NCBI RefSeq assembly: GCF_947568905.1
Contig: NC_079166.1
Location: forward strand, 65,162,001-65,226,000
Reading direction: 5' to 3'
DNA length: 64,000 nt
Origin: Ostrea edulis
Taxonomy: Eukaryota
Below the pieces are notes generated by a model, which was given only the letters and a program-made list of their open reading frames with translations, ran no database searches and was not told where the DNA came from. Shown in pieces: positions 62,281-64,000 of this stretch; positions within the stretch are counted from its first letter, which is position 1; every line of letters begins with the position of its first letter. Both the position numbers and the translations under genes were made by a program.

Positions 62281-62879
62281 AATTTAAATGGTAAGAAACA
62301 CAACCTCTGTTGCAGCAAAGAGAAGACTTTTAGAATTGTAGTCTTCCTACAGAAATAAAATGTGGGAAGGCTGTATCATTGCAACTAGGCTTCATAAAGT
62401 ATAGCATTAGTGAATATCATTAACAAAGAAATAATAATGGCCGCTGAATAATGTATGAAAAACACAAATCTGTACGCGTGTGTCAAATCAAATATATCTC
62501 TTCAGAGTTTCTTTCTTTACAATAAAGAAAAATCCCAATCTTTATATTTTTGAGATCTGCTCTAAATTTGAAAGTTTAGTTGCTGGATCCAGTAAATCTT
62601 CTATCAAGCCCCTTAATTTGCTTCTCATGAAAATATTAATTGCTGTAAAGGAGAAACTTCAAAAGTATTACCTGCCGGAACTGGTGTAAATCTAATGTGT
62701 ATTCGGAAACATTCTAAATTGAAATTACAAAACCTTCCTCTAATCAAATACATCAAAACATGTGACTGTTCAACACTTTAAACGACCATTCATTTCACGA
62801 TGAATTAAAGAATAAAATTTTTGAAGTTGCTTCAATAAAAATAGAGAAAGGAAATATTCATATGTTGTGATCAGTCATT

Positions 62880-63965
62880 ACAAAAAGTTACTTTGTTAAA
62901 GACCACCGTAACTCTGATTCTAAGCAAGAGTACTCTGCAGTTAGTATTAAAAATATGTTAGAAATCCTCATTGACAATATTTTCGCAGTCGTGATCATGT
63001 CTTCCAACAGCCTGTTGGAATTCCTATAGGCACGAATTGTGCTCCTTTGTTAGCTGGCCTGTTTTATATTCTCATGAGGCAGAATTTATTCAAAACCTTC
63101 TACATGAGAAGAAACAAATTTTTGATGTAGCCTTCAACCCGACATCTAGATATATCAACGACGTTTTATCTATTAAATACAACCATTTTCATTCATATGT
63201 CGATTCGAAATATCCCTGTAAAGTCGAAATAAAACACACCAGTTTTCCACGTCTGTTTCATGCTTAGATATTTTATTGAACATAGGTGTTAACAGCAAAC
63301 TAATAACTCAAGTTTATGGCAAACCTACATGTATCCTGACTTCAGCTTCTCCATCATAAACCTATATTCATGTAGCAATATCCCATTATCACCCGCAAAT
63401 AGCATTTATGTATCTCAACTGATTCGATACTCAAAGGGTTGTTCAGGGTATGGTTGCCATTTTCAAAATGGCAGCCATATACAGAAATATTTCATAGTGT
63501 TAAAATAGCTACAACATTTGAGTCCACAGGTCATATATAGCATCAGTGCTGCTTTCCATTCAATTTTCAAATGTTTCAAATGACTGCCAAATATTCAGTC
63601 TGTCGAATTTCGATGAAGGATACTGACAAATAAGCTGATAATACAGGGGTTTCAACAGTCTCGTTAAAAGTCAGCATTTTGCAAAATGTATGGTCGTTAT
63701 AACGATTTAATTTACCAATACAACCTGCATTTGAGTAAAATGCTGTCTGGCATGTTTCATACCAATTGATGCCGTTCTTTACATACTAATTTTGACTTCG
63801 GATTACTCCGTTTACCCGATCGAGAAATGGAGCTAACAGCGGGTATGACCGTTAAAAATAGCATGCTTACTCATAGTCACCCGATCCCACCTCTGGTAAG
63901 TCCAGGGGTATGTGTTTACCCAATAAATTTGTATTTCATATAGGAGTTATGATTGTTTCGTATTA
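62880..63965 (+). mobile_element. Penelope-like retroelement RT C-terminal half plus 3' UTR, decayed
   Basis: LEILIDNIF…QQPVGIPIGTNCAPLL…FLYSHEAEFIQNLL…RYINDVLSI…YPCKVEIK, later IPLSPANSIYVSQLIRY and KMYGRYNDLIYQY…VFHTN; frameshifts and stops throughout. Confidence 0.75.
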
Positions 63966-64000
63966 CCTAAGCTAGTGAAAACAACACGTCTTGTCATTTC

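Overview
AT-rich eukaryotic (animal) genomic DNA. The repeat families and gene types point to an oyster (Ostreidae); this is inferred, not proven. I reconstruct seven protein-coding genes, and all look secreted (N-terminal signal peptide, no transmembrane segment). (i) Two tandem 3-exon coiled-coil + C1q-domain (C1qDC) genes on the minus strand (2615-9317, 12261-15101). (ii) Four paralogous soluble LRR-only genes of about 470-480 aa (LRRNT, ~14-15 LRRs, Cys-rich C-cap). Each is encoded by one ~1.4-kb exon plus a tiny phase-0 start exon; the LRR2 start exon is unresolved. They are arranged as two minus-strand and two plus-strand copies facing away from each other. (iii) A 2-exon gene for a 110-aa peptide with an 8-Cys CxxxC-type core (52457-52893), which I cannot assign to a family. 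The rest is a dense, often nested transposon landscape: the 5' end of a Gypsy LTR element, CR1/L2-type LINE fragments, many Penelope-like 3' ends, SINEs, Helentron-type HINEs carrying 145/170-bp satellite-like arrays, and MITEs with recognisable termini and target-site duplications (Kolobok-, AcademH-, CACTA-, hAT- and Tc1-like). There are no prokaryotic features, no CRISPR array and no convincing tRNA or rRNA gene. All splice models were read by eye from GT/AG sites and reading-frame continuity.
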